From Neocallimastix sp. 'constans' (lineage: Eukaryota), in assembly GCA_050613775.1 (NCBI GenBank), contig JBODTK010000010.1:744001-808000 (forward strand): DNA of 64,000 bases. Direction: 5' to 3'. A program made the position numbers and the translations under genes. The number at the start of each line of letters is the position of its first letter. The first letter of the stretch is position 1. Positions 42,471 to 55,195 of the stretch are shown piece by piece. The notes beneath the pieces were generated by a model. That model made no database searches and was not told the origin of the DNA. It saw only the letters and a program-made list of their open reading frames with translations.

Positions 42471-45400
42471 TATAAAGTTTTGATTTAAAAAAATAGATTA
42501 TAAGTCAAAAATTATAATAACACTAAATAACACAAAAATGTTTTATAAACAAATAAGTTTTATTATATTTAGATTTTAAAATAATCTTTATTACTTATTA
42601 GTGTTATTAACAATAAATCGTTAATAACAATTACATCGATTAAAATACATGAAATTTGATAACTATTTATATTTTTATCTTATTACATTTATAATATATA
42701 ATTCCTATTGAATTATATTATCTAGCTATTTATTTAAAAACAATACTAACCTAAACTAATAATAAATAATTAACTATTACTAAATAAAGAGAATTATAAT
42801 TAATAACTAAAATAAATATAATCAATTCTAATTGAGTTCATTTATTATTTATTTATTATTTAAATATTATTAGTAAATTTATTATATATTTTCTATTTAA
42901 AAATAATATAAAAGTTGTCATAATTATTTAATATAAATTTAGCATAAAATACCGTAAGTTTCAACATGACTAATTGCATAGTTTCATGTTGTTAATTTAT
43001 CTTGTGAAAAACCTTAACTCTTATTATTTAAATTAAATTACATAAAAAGAAATGATTTTCAAATACTAGTTTCACAAGAGAAATTTTTAATTTATTAGTA
43101 TGATTGGGAAAAAATCGAAATTATGTTAAAAATATTTTCAATAATTTTATACACGTGATTTCAAATAAATTTATTTTAATTTTACTTAAATTTATGATTA
43201 AATTTAATTAAAATTATTTAAAGATATTAATAATATCTTTACAATCTCGCCCTTTAAGTCGAGCTCCTGCGAGATTAACTTTAGGAAGGAAGATCGATCA
43301 CAAAAGGTTGATATTTATGCCTAACATAGTACTCGTTCGAATCTTCAGGTAGTTGGCAAAATTCATTGTTAATATTCGAAGATTTATTCTTCTTTTCTTT
43401 TCTATAGTATTCTTGTATTAATTGTTTATCAAAAATTTGATCTTCATCGATCCAAGTATTTTCATTAGAATCGCATCCTTTCCATTTAATCAAGTAACGA
43501 TTTTTATTGTTAAAAGTTTTCATTTTAATTATTCTTTCAGGACTTCTATTAATTGTATCCGTAGTAAGATTAATATTTCTTCTACGAGTATTTCTTCTGT
43601 TTGGGAATTCATTTTCATGGTAAGGTTCGAGGAGCGAAACATGGAATACAGGGTGACAGCGCATATTATTAGGAAGTTTAAGTTCATACGCTAAATCACT
43701 AACTTTTCTAATGATTTCAAAGGGTCCTATTAGTTGATCAGATAATTTTTTATTTTTCTTTGTTGTATTACCCTTTAAAAGATAAACTTTATTTCCTACT
43801 TTAAAATCAGGAGAATCCATTCTTTTTAAATCTGCATATTTTTTATAAGTCTTTTTCGCTTGTTCTAAATTTTCTTTTAAAAACTTTATGTTTTCGTTAA
43901 TATTCAATATTCTTTTTTCAGCTCTATGTGGATTCTCGTTTGAAGGAATCTCGGGATTAAACTTTGGATTAAATCCATAATTTGCAAAAAATGGTGATTG
44001 ATTTATTGATTGTTGTAAAGTATTGTTATAAGAAAATTCTGCAAAAGGTAATAAATCAAACCAATTATTTTGTTTTTCGTTAATGAAACAACGAAGATAT
44101 TGTTCCAATATCGAGTTCACCCTCTCCGTTTGACCATCAGTCTGCGGGTGATTAGCAGTAGAAAAAGAATGCTTAATATTTAAAAGAGAGCAAAGACGAT
44201 TCCAAAAATCAGAGGTAAATTGAGAACCACGATCAGAAATAATAGAATCGGGGAAACCATGAAGTTTAAAAATATTAGCAATGAAAGAATCAGCAGCAAT
44301 AGAAGCAGTAGGAAGACATCTAAATGGTATAAAATGAGCCATTTTAGTTAAGCGATCCACAACAACCATTATAGTGGTCATATCTTTGGATTTCGGAAGT
44401 TCAACAATAAAATCCATAGAGATAGCAGACCAGGCTCTATTGGGTGTAGAAAGTGGAGAAAGTAAACCATATGGCTTATGTCTTGGGATTTTGGATTTTG
44501 AACAAATTTCACAAGATTTAATAAACATTTTAACATCTTTTTGTAATTTAGGCCACCAGAAATTACGAGAAATAAGTTCAATAGTTTTATTAATTCCAAA
44601 ATGACCAGCAGAAATAGAGTCATGATGGAGTTCTAAAACTCTTATTCTAATTTTATTGGGAACATAAATTAAATTTTCAAAAAGTAAATAACCATTTTTG
44701 TCAAGAGAAAATTTATCGATTTTACTAAAAGGGGGATCTTTTGATTTATCATTTTTAAGAAATTCAGTTATTTTGCAATAGAATTCATCATTAGCTAGAG
44801 AATCATGAATAGAGGAGATTAAAGAATCATTCTTAAAACTACATGAATTAATAACGCATGAAATAGGACGAACACTAGCAAATAAATGATCACTACGTCT
44901 TGATAAAATATCTGGTTTACCTGACTTTTTACCAGCTCTGTAAATTAGTTTAAAATCAAATCTAGATAAGAATTCATACCAACGGATTTGACGTTGGGAA
45001 AGGAGTTCGGGTTTTCGAGGAAAGGTTAAATTTTTATGATCAGTATAAATAATAAACTGATGGCGAGCTCCTTCTAAGTAATGTCTCCATCCTTCCAATG
45101 CAACTTTAATAGCAAGAAGTTCTTTGTCATAGATAGGGTAATTTCTTTGGGATTTAGTTAAGCTAGTAGAAATAAAAGCAATTGGATGCAAATGCCCATC
45201 AAATTCCTGAGAAAGAATTGCACCAACAGCAAAATTACTAGCATCAGTTTCAACAATGAATTGTTTGTTGCTATCAGGATGTTTCAAAATAGGAGCAGTA
45301 GTAAATAATTCTTTTAAAGTATCAAACGCTTTTTGTTGTTCAGAACTCCAATTAAAAGGAACATTTTTTCTAGTTAATTTGTGGAGAGGATTTGCAATTT

Positions 45401-48400
45401 TCGCAAAGTCTTTAATAAAAATTCTGTAATAATTACAAAGTCCAATAAACGATTGAATTTCTTTAACGTTTGTTGGAACAGGCCAATCTAAAATTGCTTT
45501 AACTTTTTCTTTATCCATTTTAATTCCATCTCTTGATAAAACATAACCAAGAAAAGTAGTTTCAGTTACATCAAATTCACACTTTTCTAATTTAACAACT
45601 AAATGATTCTCTAACAATTTTCTTAAAACTTTCTTGACATGTACATGATGTTCTTCTAAAGTATTAGAATAAATTAAAATGTCATCAATATAAGAGATTA
45701 CAAAATCATCTAGGTAATCACTGAGAACATCATTTATAAAATGTTGGAATGTAGCAGGGGCATTCTTAAGCCCAAAAGGCATAACGAGATATTCAAAGTG
45801 CCCATATCTTGTGCGAAAGGCAGTTTTGTACTCGTCACCTTCTTTAATTCTTACTAAGTTATAGGCAGATTTTAAATCTAACTTAGTAAAATATTTAGCA
45901 CCTTTAACTCTATCCAACAATTCACTAATTAAAGGAAGAGGGTAAGAGTTACGGATGGTCATTTCATTTAATTTTCTATAATCAATAACTAATCTATATG
46001 TACCATCCTTTTTTCTAACAAATAAAATAGGTGCTCCAGCGGGAGAAGAAGATTTTCTAATAAAACCCTTTTTTAAATTTTCTTCTAAATATTTCTTTAA
46101 TTCTTCTCTCTCCGTCTCAGTTAAAGGATACAACGGTCCATAAAATAAACTACAATTATCTTTTAATTTAATCTCACAATCATAATTACGATGCGGAGGT
46201 AACACATTACAATTATTTTCATTAAACACTTCTTTAAACATCAAATAGATTTCAGGTACTTCGACCTTTTCATCATCTTTATTTAAATTATTATTTTCAT
46301 TATTACATTTTTCAATTACATTTAATTTCTTACATTTACTTGATTCACAAATTTTTTTTAAGATCCTTAAACTATTAGTACTAATTTTACTATCACAATT
46401 CATAACAATAATATCATCACTATCGCTAAAGTTATCACTATCACTAATGCTATCACTAAAATTATCTAACATAAAAGTATCATTAATATCACTATCACTA
46501 TCACTATTAATAAATTCAGTACAAGTTCTAATACGAGTTCGGCGGCCACGAATAGAAATTTCTTCTTCAGAATCAGATTCGGAATCGGAGTCAAAGAAAG
46601 ATTTTCTTTTTCTTGAGTCTTCAATAATTTTATTTTCTTCCAAGTCGGTAGCAGATTCTTTTCCTTTGTTCTTTTTCTTGTTCTTGATCTTGTTCTTTCT
46701 TTTTCTTTTACCGTTATTACAGTGTCTAGCGCAAAATCCTGAGCCAAAGGAGATCTTCTTTGCGTCGTGGTAATTATAAGGCGAATGCTTCTCAATCCAA
46801 GGTAGACCTAAAATAATATCAACATCAGGAATTCTGAGTACATACAATTGAATGGTTTCTAAGTGATTTTTTAAACGTAAAATGCACTTCTCCGTTTCCT
46901 TTTTAACGGTTGATATTCCGTAACCAAGACCAGTAACACGGAATGGTTCTTCAATTTGTTGGGTTTTGATTCCAAAAGCCTTCGCAAATTCTGGGTGAAT
47001 AAAGTTAAGATCTGATCCAGAATCAATCAAAACTCTTGCCTTTACTTCTTCTGTATCGTTTGTTTTGATATAAAAATCAATAATGTTACTTTTCTTGGTC
47101 AAGAGTGAGTTTTGCTCTTCAACAATTTTTCTGACTTTCAAAATATCTTCTTGGCTGTTGATTCTTCTGATTCTTCTTAAGCTAGTAGATGCAATATTAT
47201 CATTTCTTTCTTTCTTGTTGATCATTTTAACTGTAGCGGGCCTCTTCTTGTTCGGGCAATTAAATTTTAGATGCCCTGGTTGCTTACAATAGTAGCAAAG
47301 ACCTTTTCTTCTTTCTTCTTCATTAGAGTTAACATTCTCCTGGTACAATTTCTTGTTGGATGGGAAATAGTTGGTATTCCTTTGACCTCTCTTGATTCTG
47401 TATAAATCTATTTCCATTGGGTCACTAGTAGACGCATGATTATTATTATTTATTTCCTTACGATGGTAATAATTATGATAGAAAAATTCATTTATTTCAT
47501 GTCTCTTAGTTAAGCTTTCGATACTAAGGACATCAGTGAAAAGTCTTCTTAAGTTGTTGGGATTTGGATTTACCACTGCAAGGTGCTCCCTCATCTTGTA
47601 GTGAAGTCCTTTTACAAACATATAAATCTTAGCAGAATCGTTAAAATCTGAATGTCTGCTGATTTTATTAAATTCATTTATATACTCACTAACATGACCA
47701 AATTTATGTTGTCGGATGCTGCATAATTTACCGTTTGCGACAACTGTGCTCATGTCCTGCTCTCCAAATTGATTTCTTAATTCTTGAATAAAATCTTCAT
47801 AAACATTGAGCAGGGGATCATTATTTCTTCGCAAGTTTGAGGCCCATATCAAGGGATCACCGACAAGATAAGAAATTATAAATCTGACCTTTGTATGGTC
47901 ATTATTGAAACCTTGTGGATTGGCTTCCATAGCTATTTCAGCTCTTGTAAGGAAGCCATCAAAGTCCTTCTTGATTCCAGAAAATAGCGGTGGTTCGTTA
48001 ACAATCTTTTGATTGTTACGGGGCAGAACTTGATGATTCTCTTGATTCATTTCTTGCAGGTTAAGGTCTTCGAATCTTCTTATTAGGTTGTTAAATCCCT
48101 CCAATTTGATTATTTTAAATTGACTTAAATTTTTGCAATTTCTTTAACAAAAATATCAAACAAATAAATATTTCAAACTATAACGTTTTTTCATCTAGTC
48201 GATCTAGCTCTATCCTTTGAAGCGGTGCTGTCGAGTAAACGTAACGTTATAAATTAAAATATTTAAGGTTTATGGTTTTTCGAATCTTGTTCTAAGACGT
48301 GTAATTGTATTTTCGGTAGCAATATTATAGAGCTGGAGGCAATATTCTGAAACTGGTAGCAATAATCTAAAACTGGTAGCAATAATCTAAAACTGGTAGA

Positions 48401-49276
48401 AAAAATATTTTGAATCAAGCCACACACAAGCCACTGTTAACGTATCACGTGTTATAATCTTGACTTATAACGTATTTTATTGAGAGAAAAAGGTAATTGT
48501 TATTATAAAGTTTTGATTTAAAAAAATAGATTATAAGTCAAAAATTATAATAACACTAAATAACACAAAAATGTTTTATAAACAAATAAGTTTTATTATA
48601 TTTAGATTTTAAAATAATCTTTATTACTTATTAGTGTTATTAACAATAAATCGTTAATAACAATTACATCGATTAAAATACATGAAATTTGATAACTATT
48701 TATATTTTTATCTTATTACATTTATAATATATAATTCCTATTGAATTATATTATCTAGCTATTTATTTAAAAACAATACTAACCTAAACTAATAATAAAT
48801 AATTAACTATTACTAAATAAAGAGAATTATAATTAATAACTAAAATAAATATAATCAATTCTAATTGAGTTCATTTATTATTTATTTATTATTTAAATAT
48901 TATTAGTAAATTTATTATATATTTTCTATTTAAAAATAATATAAAAGTTGTCATAATTATTTAATATAAATTTAGCATAAAATACCGTAAGTTTCAACAT
49001 GACTAATTGCATAGTTTCATGTTGTTAATTTATCTTGTGAAAAACCTTAACTCTTATTATTTAAATTAAATTACATAAAAAGAAATGATTTTCAAATACT
49101 AGTTTCACAAGAGAAATTTTTAATTTATTAGTATGATTGGGAAAAAATCGAAATTATGTTAAAAATATTTTCAATAATTTTATACACGTGATTTCAAATA
49201 AATTTATTTTAATTTTACTTAAATTTATGATTAAATTTAATTAAAATTATTTAAAGATATTAATAATATCTTTACA
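42471..49276 (-). mobile_element. Intact young Ty3/gypsy chromovirus C, inserted antisense into the RT of B
   Basis: 773-bp LTRs at 42471-43243 and 48504-49276, identical by eye. TSD ATAAA at 42466-42470 and 49277-49281; removing it restores B frame [14 protein letters not shown]. Confidence 0.97.
43281..48104 (-). CDS. Single-ORF Gag-Pol of element C, 1607 aa from TTG (first ATG at 48050)
   Basis: CYYCKQPGHLKFNC, LIDSG, KLDLKSAY, YIDD, ETDAS, HHDSISAGHFG, SDRG, HPVFHVSLL and chromodomain YLIKWKG...TW, with no interruptions. Confidence 0.96.
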   Translation of the reverse strand: MEGFNNLIRRFEDLNLQEMNQENHQVLPRNNQKIVNEPPLFSGIKKDFDGFLTRAEIAMEANPQGFNNDHTKVRFIISYLVGDPLIWASNLRRNNDPLLNVYEDFIQELRNQFGEQDMSTVVANGKLCSIRQHKFGHVSEYINEFNKISRHSDFNDSAKIYMFVKGLHYKMREHLAVVNPNPNNLRRLFTDVLSIESLTKRHEINEFFYHNYYHRKEINNNNHASTSDPMEIDLYRIKRGQRNTNYFPSNKKLYQENVNSNEEERRKGLCYYCKQPGHLKFNCPNKKRPATVKMINKKERNDNIASTSLRRIRRINSQEDILKVRKIVEEQNSLLTKKSNIIDFYIKTNDTEEVKARVLIDSGSDLNFIHPEFAKAFGIKTQQIEEPFRVTGLGYGISTVKKETEKCILRLKNHLETIQLYVLRIPDVDIILGLPWIEKHSPYNYHDAKKISFGSGFCARHCNNGKRKRKNKIKNKKKNKGKESATDLEENKIIEDSRKRKSFFDSDSESDSEEEISIRGRRTRIRTCTEFINSDSDSDINDTFMLDNFSDSISDSDNFSDSDDIIVMNCDSKISTNSLRILKKICESSKCKKLNVIEKCNNENNNLNKDDEKVEVPEIYLMFKEVFNENNCNVLPPHRNYDCEIKLKDNCSLFYGPLYPLTETEREELKKYLEENLKKGFIRKSSSPAGAPILFVRKKDGTYRLVIDYRKLNEMTIRNSYPLPLISELLDRVKGAKYFTKLDLKSAYNLVRIKEGDEYKTAFRTRYGHFEYLVMPFGLKNAPATFQHFINDVLSDYLDDFVISYIDDILIYSNTLEEHHVHVKKVLRKLLENHLVVKLEKCEFDVTETTFLGYVLSRDGIKMDKEKVKAILDWPVPTNVKEIQSFIGLCNYYRIFIKDFAKIANPLHKLTRKNVPFNWSSEQQKAFDTLKELFTTAPILKHPDSNKQFIVETDASNFAVGAILSQEFDGHLHPIAFISTSLTKSQRNYPIYDKELLAIKVALEGWRHYLEGARHQFIIYTDHKNLTFPRKPELLSQRQIRWYEFLSRFDFKLIYRAGKKSGKPDILSRRSDHLFASVRPISCVINSCSFKNDSLISSIHDSLANDEFYCKITEFLKNDKSKDPPFSKIDKFSLDKNGYLLFENLIYVPNKIRIRVLELHHDSISAGHFGINKTIELISRNFWWPKLQKDVKMFIKSCEICSKSKIPRHKPYGLLSPLSTPNRAWSAISMDFIVELPKSKDMTTIMVVVDRLTKMAHFIPFRCLPTASIAADSFIANIFKLHGFPDSIISDRGSQFTSDFWNRLCSLLNIKHSFSTANHPQTDGQTERVNSILEQYLRCFINEKQNNWFDLLPFAEFSYNNTLQQSINQSPFFANYGFNPKFNPEIPSNENPHRAEKRILNINENIKFLKENLEQAKKTYKKYADLKRMDSPDFKVGNKVYLLKGNTTKKNKKLSDQLIGPFEIIRKVSDLAYELKLPNNMRCHPVFHVSLLEPYHENEFPNRRNTRRRNINLTTDTINRSPERIIKMKTFNNKNRYLIKWKGCDSNENTWIDEDQIFDKQLIQEYYRKEKKNKSSNINNEFCQLPEDSNEYYVRHKYQPFVIDLPS

Positions 49277-52200
49277 ATAAAATTAAAGCCATTCTTGATT
49301 GGCCTGTTCCAACCACAGTTAAGGAAGTTCAATCTTTTATTGGTTTATGCAATTATTATAGGATTTTTATTAAAGATTTGGATAAAATCGCCCGTCCTTT
49401 GCATAAACTTTCAAGAAAAAATGTATCTTTTAACTGGGGTCCTGATCAACAGAAGGCATTTGATAAATTAAAAGAGTTGTTCATTTCTGCTCCTATTTTG
49501 AGAAACCCTGATAGTAATAAGCCTTTTGTTGTTGAAACTGATGCTTCTAATTTTGCTGTTGGTGCGGTTCTTTCTCAAGAATACGATGGTCAACTACACC
49601 CAATAGCTTATATCTCGTCTAGCTTAACCAAATCAGAAAAGAATTATCCAATTTACGATAAGAACTTCTATCAATTAAAGTTGCTCTTGAGGAATGGCGT
49701 CACTATTTAGAAGGTTGCTCGTCATCCTTTTACAATTTATACCGATCATAAAAATTTGACTTTTCCTAGAAAGCCTGAAATGCTCTCGAATCGTCAAATC
49801 CATTGGTATGAATTTCTCTCTCGTTTTGATTTTAATTTAGTTTATCGTGCTGGTAAGAAGTCTGGGAAACCTGATATCTTATCTAGAAGAAGTGATCATC
49901 TTTTTAATTACCCTCAGACTGTTTTTTGTCGTGTTATTAACTGTAATGCTTCTGATGATTGCTTATGTAATTCAATTTTACATTCACTTAAAGATGATGA
50001 ATTGTATAACAAAATTAAAACTTTTCTTTCTAGTAATAATAAAGATACTGCTCCTATTAGAAATATTGGTAAATGTGTAATTGATGATGAAGGTTTTCTT
50101 CTCTATGATGATTTAATCTATGTTCCGGAAAATATTCGTGCAAGAATTCTAGAAATGCACCATGATTCGGTAACAGCTAGTCACTTTGGTGTAAATAAAA
50201 CTTCGGATTTAATTTATAGAAATTTTTGGTGGCCAAAGTTACGACATGATGTTAAGAAATTTATTAAGTCTTGTGAAACTTGTTGTCGTGCTAAAGTTCC
50301 AAGGCATAAGCCATATGGTTTATTATCCCCATTATCCACACAAAATAGAGCTTGGGCTGATATTTCAATGGATTTCATTGTTGAATTGCCAAAATCCAAA
50401 TATATGACTACTATTATGGTGGTTGTTGATCGTTTAACAAAGATGGCTCATTTTATCCCCCTTCGTTGTCTTACTACTACTTCAATTGTCGCTGATGCTT
50501 TTATTAATTCTATTTTTAAATTGCATGGTTTCCCTGATTCCATTATTTCTGATAGAGGTACCCAATTCACCTCTGAATTTTGGAATAGATTATGTGACTT
50601 ACTTTGTATCAAGCATTCGTTTTCAACTTCAAACCATCCGCATACTGATGGTCAAATAGAGAGAGTGAACGCGATATTGGAACAATATCTTCGTTGTTAT
50701 ATAAATGAACGACAAACAAATTGGGTTGATTTATTACCTTTTGCTGAATTCGCTTATAACAATACTTTACAACAATCAATCAATCAATCCCCATTTTTTG
50801 CTAACTATGGATTCAATCCTAGATTTGGTCTAGAAATTCCATCTAATGAAAGACCTCACAGAGCTGATCAAAGAGTTAAAGATATTAATGAAAATATTAA
50901 ATTTCTGAAAGAAAACTTAGATAAAGCTAAAGAAACTTACAAAAAATATGCGGATCAAAAAAGATTACCCTCACCTGATTTCCAGGTTGGTAATAAAATT
51001 TGGTTACTTAAAGGAAGTACTACTAAAAATGTTAAGAAAAAACTTGCTGATCAAATGCTTGGTCCTTTTGAAATTGTTGAGAAAATTAGTTCACTTGCTT
51101 ATAAACTTAAACTCCCAAGTAATATGCGTTGTCATCCTATTTTTCATGTATCATTACTTGAACCTTATCATGAAAATGAATTTGAAAACAGAAATGAAAG
51201 AAAAAGGAAGAATATTAATTTGACTACTGATACTTTTGATAAAGTTCCAGAAAAAATTGTTGATATGAGAAAATATAGAGGAAAGAATCGTTTTCTTGTA
51301 TCTTGGAAAAGACTTGATTCTGATGAGGATTCTTGGATTGATGAAGATCAAATTTATGACAAACAATTGATTCAGGAATATTATCGTCGAACCAAAAACA
51401 ATAGGTCAAACATAGAAGAAGATACTTTGAGTGATAATGAAATCTACGTTAGACATAGATATCAACCATTTGTAATTGATCTACCAGCAAATGGACTAAA
51501 TCGTATGTCTCGCAGGAGCTCGACTTAAAGGGCGAGATTGTAAAGATTTAATAAATCTTTAATACATTAAATAGCTTAATTTTTCGTACAATTAATTTAT
51601 TTAATGTATATGAATTATTTTTTAATATAAAATATATTGAAATAAAATTTATTAATTATTTTTTAAATTGAAAATATTTGTTAATTAGTTTAGTTAACTT
51701 AGTTTAGTTTTAAATAGTTAAATATTAATTTAAGAATAATCTTAAATAGTTAATATTTATAAAAATAATTTTTCAATATTAAATATATAATTAAAATTAT
51801 TATAAGTATTAAAATAATAAATAAAATAAAGAGTTTAAAAAATTAAATTTAGTTTTAGTAAATTAATAAATAATAAAAATTATTAATTAAAAAATCTTTT
51901 GTTTATAAATAAATAGTTTTATATATATTATTAAATAACATCATATATTAATAATGTAATAAGAAAAAATATAAATACATGTAATTTTTCTCAATTAAAT
52001 CGACGTATTAGTTATTAACTATTTTACAGTTAATAACATAAAAGAAATTTATAATTAATAAAAAGAATTTAATAATAAACGAATTTACTTATTTGTTTAA
52101 ATTGTAAAGTGTTTTTTATTGTTATAATCTGTTTTAATTGACGGATTCATTACAGCTGGAGAAGATGAATATATTAAACAAATAATAAACAAAACAAAAT

Positions 52201-53045
52201 TAAAAAATTTAAAATATCTAAATGCGTTATTTTTTTTATTAATTATTTTTTCATTAATTTATTAATATTTTCTATCCTAGAAAATAACCAAATAGAAGAC
52301 CTACGTCTAATAATTACAGGAAGGGTGTTTATTATTAGGATTATTTACATATAAAATTATATATAAGAATATAATAAAAAATATTAATATAATAAATAGT
52401 ATCAACTATATATATTTAATTATAATATAATAGAAGTAATTATTAACTATTTCATTATAATATATAGAAGAATTATACATATTTAATATAAACTTTAAGA
52501 TAAGTAAGAATATTTAAGTTTTATATATAATAAGAGGTCTATTATATTATATATTATAAAAAAATTAATTATTTTTTTTAATATTATAATTAATAATATA
52601 TATGTGAATATTAATATGTAAATAAAAAATTATTTCAATAATTATAATTGACAAGATATAAATTTAATATTTAATAATTATTATTAGATATATGAATATG
52701 TTGCTACACATATTTGTTTTATATCGATACTTATTTAATACTATAAGATTAATCATACACTTATTTTCCTTGTTACAATTATTATTAATCGTTATTTTTA
52801 ATTAAATAAAAATATTATTAAATTTATAAAAAATATCTTTAAGATAGTTTACCAAGAAAATAAATTAAATAAAAATAAAACACAATTTTAATGTTTAATA
52901 ATTTCAATATTATTATTTATTCTTATAAATTTTATAATTATTATTATTTATAATTTTTTTATTCTAAATTTTGAAAAAATATAATTAATTTATAAAAATT
53001 ATATATTTTATAATCTATAATAAATATAATAAACAATTACCATCA

Positions 53046-53084
<39 letters not shown>

Positions 53085-55195
53085 TTTTATTAAGAACAGG
53101 ATTATATTAATTAAAATTAATTTTTGGTAATAGTTCTTTTATTTAATGAAAAATTTTTCATAATTCTGTGAATAAATAATAAATACATCTATCTAATTAA
53201 TGTAATATTTTTTATAGATATAATTTCTTATAATTTACACATCACTAATGAAAGATCATTAGGAACGGAAAAATTATTTTAATCATTGAAAAATATACAA
53301 ATATAGTTCATTTATGTCAAAACTCATTTGAATAATTATTTATAAAATTTAAATAATAATAAAAAAAGATACTTCCTTTTCTTGATAAAACTTTATTATT
53401 TAAACAAGAAATTATTCAATTAAATAAACTCTATAATTATGGTATTAACTATAACATTAAATAAATAAATATATATATAATATTTTATATATTTAATTAT
53501 ACAATTATCTAAAAAAAATAACATGATACATAAAAGTAATAAATGATAAAAAACTTGTTTAAACTATTTATTTTTAAAAAAATTAATATCATTTAAACTA
53601 TTGTAAACTATTTACTATTAAAAAAATTAATATCATTTAAACTATTGTAACAATTGAATTTTTTAGTATTCAAATTTTCTTTTATGTAAATTTATTAATA
53701 TATATAAATTTTAATTAAAATAATCTATAAAATTACATTTTAATTAGATTATTTTCATTCTAATTCATAGAATTAGCTATTTTATTTTAATTATTTTTTT
53801 TAAATAATAATTTTTTATTTATTTAATTATTATTTTTTATTTTTATTTGTATGCATTGAATAAAATTTATTTAATTATAAGCTGTTAAAAATTTATTCAT
53901 AATATATATTTTAAACAAAAAATATATATATATTTCAAATATTTAAATTTATATATATATATTTTTATTTTTAATTTTATATAATATTATATTACTATTA
54001 TTAATTACCATTATTAATTATTATCATTAATTATTATTATTGTTATTATCATTTGTTAATTTTTATGATTATTATATTTTTTATTATTATTAAAAGTGTT
54101 TGGATTAAATTGTTTTAGAAATCTATTATAAATTAAACAAAATTAATTATATTACATTTCTAAAATATTTGTAAATATAATTTATTTAAAAATAAATAAC
54201 ATATCTGTAATTAAATTAGAATTAGAGTAAATTTTGAAATCCCATAAAAATTTATAAATATTTACATATATATTTTTCATCAAATATTATTATATACAAT
54301 AGTAAAATAATTGCCAATTTTTTTTATTTAAATTAAATATTAATACAATAAGAAAATAATTTATACCTATATAATTAAATTATTTATTATATATATAATT
54401 TTTATAAAACTATTAATAATAAATGTTAATTTATAATTTATTTTTTATGTTTTTTTGTACTACTCAAAACCAAAATAAAATTTATATATTTAAAAAAAAA
54501 ATTTCTATAACTTTTAAATTCTTTAGGAAATATTTCTAGAATATACAAAAGAATAACTGATTTAATAGTGATTATTAATAAATTATTAATTATTATTAAT
54601 GAAGAATTCATTGATTAATAATTTTATAAAAATACTAAATATATTAAATGGAAAATAAAATAAAATAAAAAAATAAAAATAAATAAAAATAAAAATAAAT
54701 AAAAATAAAAATAAAATAAAAATAAAAAAAAAAAATTTTTTTTTTAAAAAAAATTATATCAAAACAAAACAAACAGACATATAAATAAATAAATAAATAA
54801 ATAAATAATAAATAAATAAATGAATAAATGAATAAATAAAAATTAGATTTATAACTTTAAAAATTCTATTATAATATCAAAAATTTTATATTTTTTTTAT
54901 ATAAAAAGTTAAATATTTATTAAAAAGATTGATATTTATTACTTTTAAAATTTGAAAAAATATTTTTCTTTTAAATATTTAATTTATTATTAAAAATTTC
55001 TTTTTATGTTATATTTTGTTTTGTTATATATATATTTATATTTTTATTTTCGATATATTAAATTTTTGTAAATTATATGTTCATTAATATTTTTTTACAT
55101 TTAAATTTTAAATAAAATTTTATTTTTATTTTTAATAAAATAAAAACATTATATATAAATTATAGATTAACTAATTTATCATAAATTTTAAAATA

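Larger units (their letters stand above)
38652..52154 (+). mobile_element. Ty3/gypsy chromovirus B, frameshifted, with its RT interrupted by element C
   Basis: LTRs 38652-39276 and 51539-52154 differ by about ten substitutions plus a 9-bp indel. TSD GCTGG. ORF pieces 39780-41189 (Gag/CCHC/PR), 41328-42470 (RT), 49282-49710 (RT/RH) and 49756-51528 (IN/chromo). Confidence 0.96.

Noticed and set aside
53560..53652. Local ~45-bp direct duplication upstream of the dynein gene
   Set aside because: A simple AT-rich tandem duplication with no further structure.
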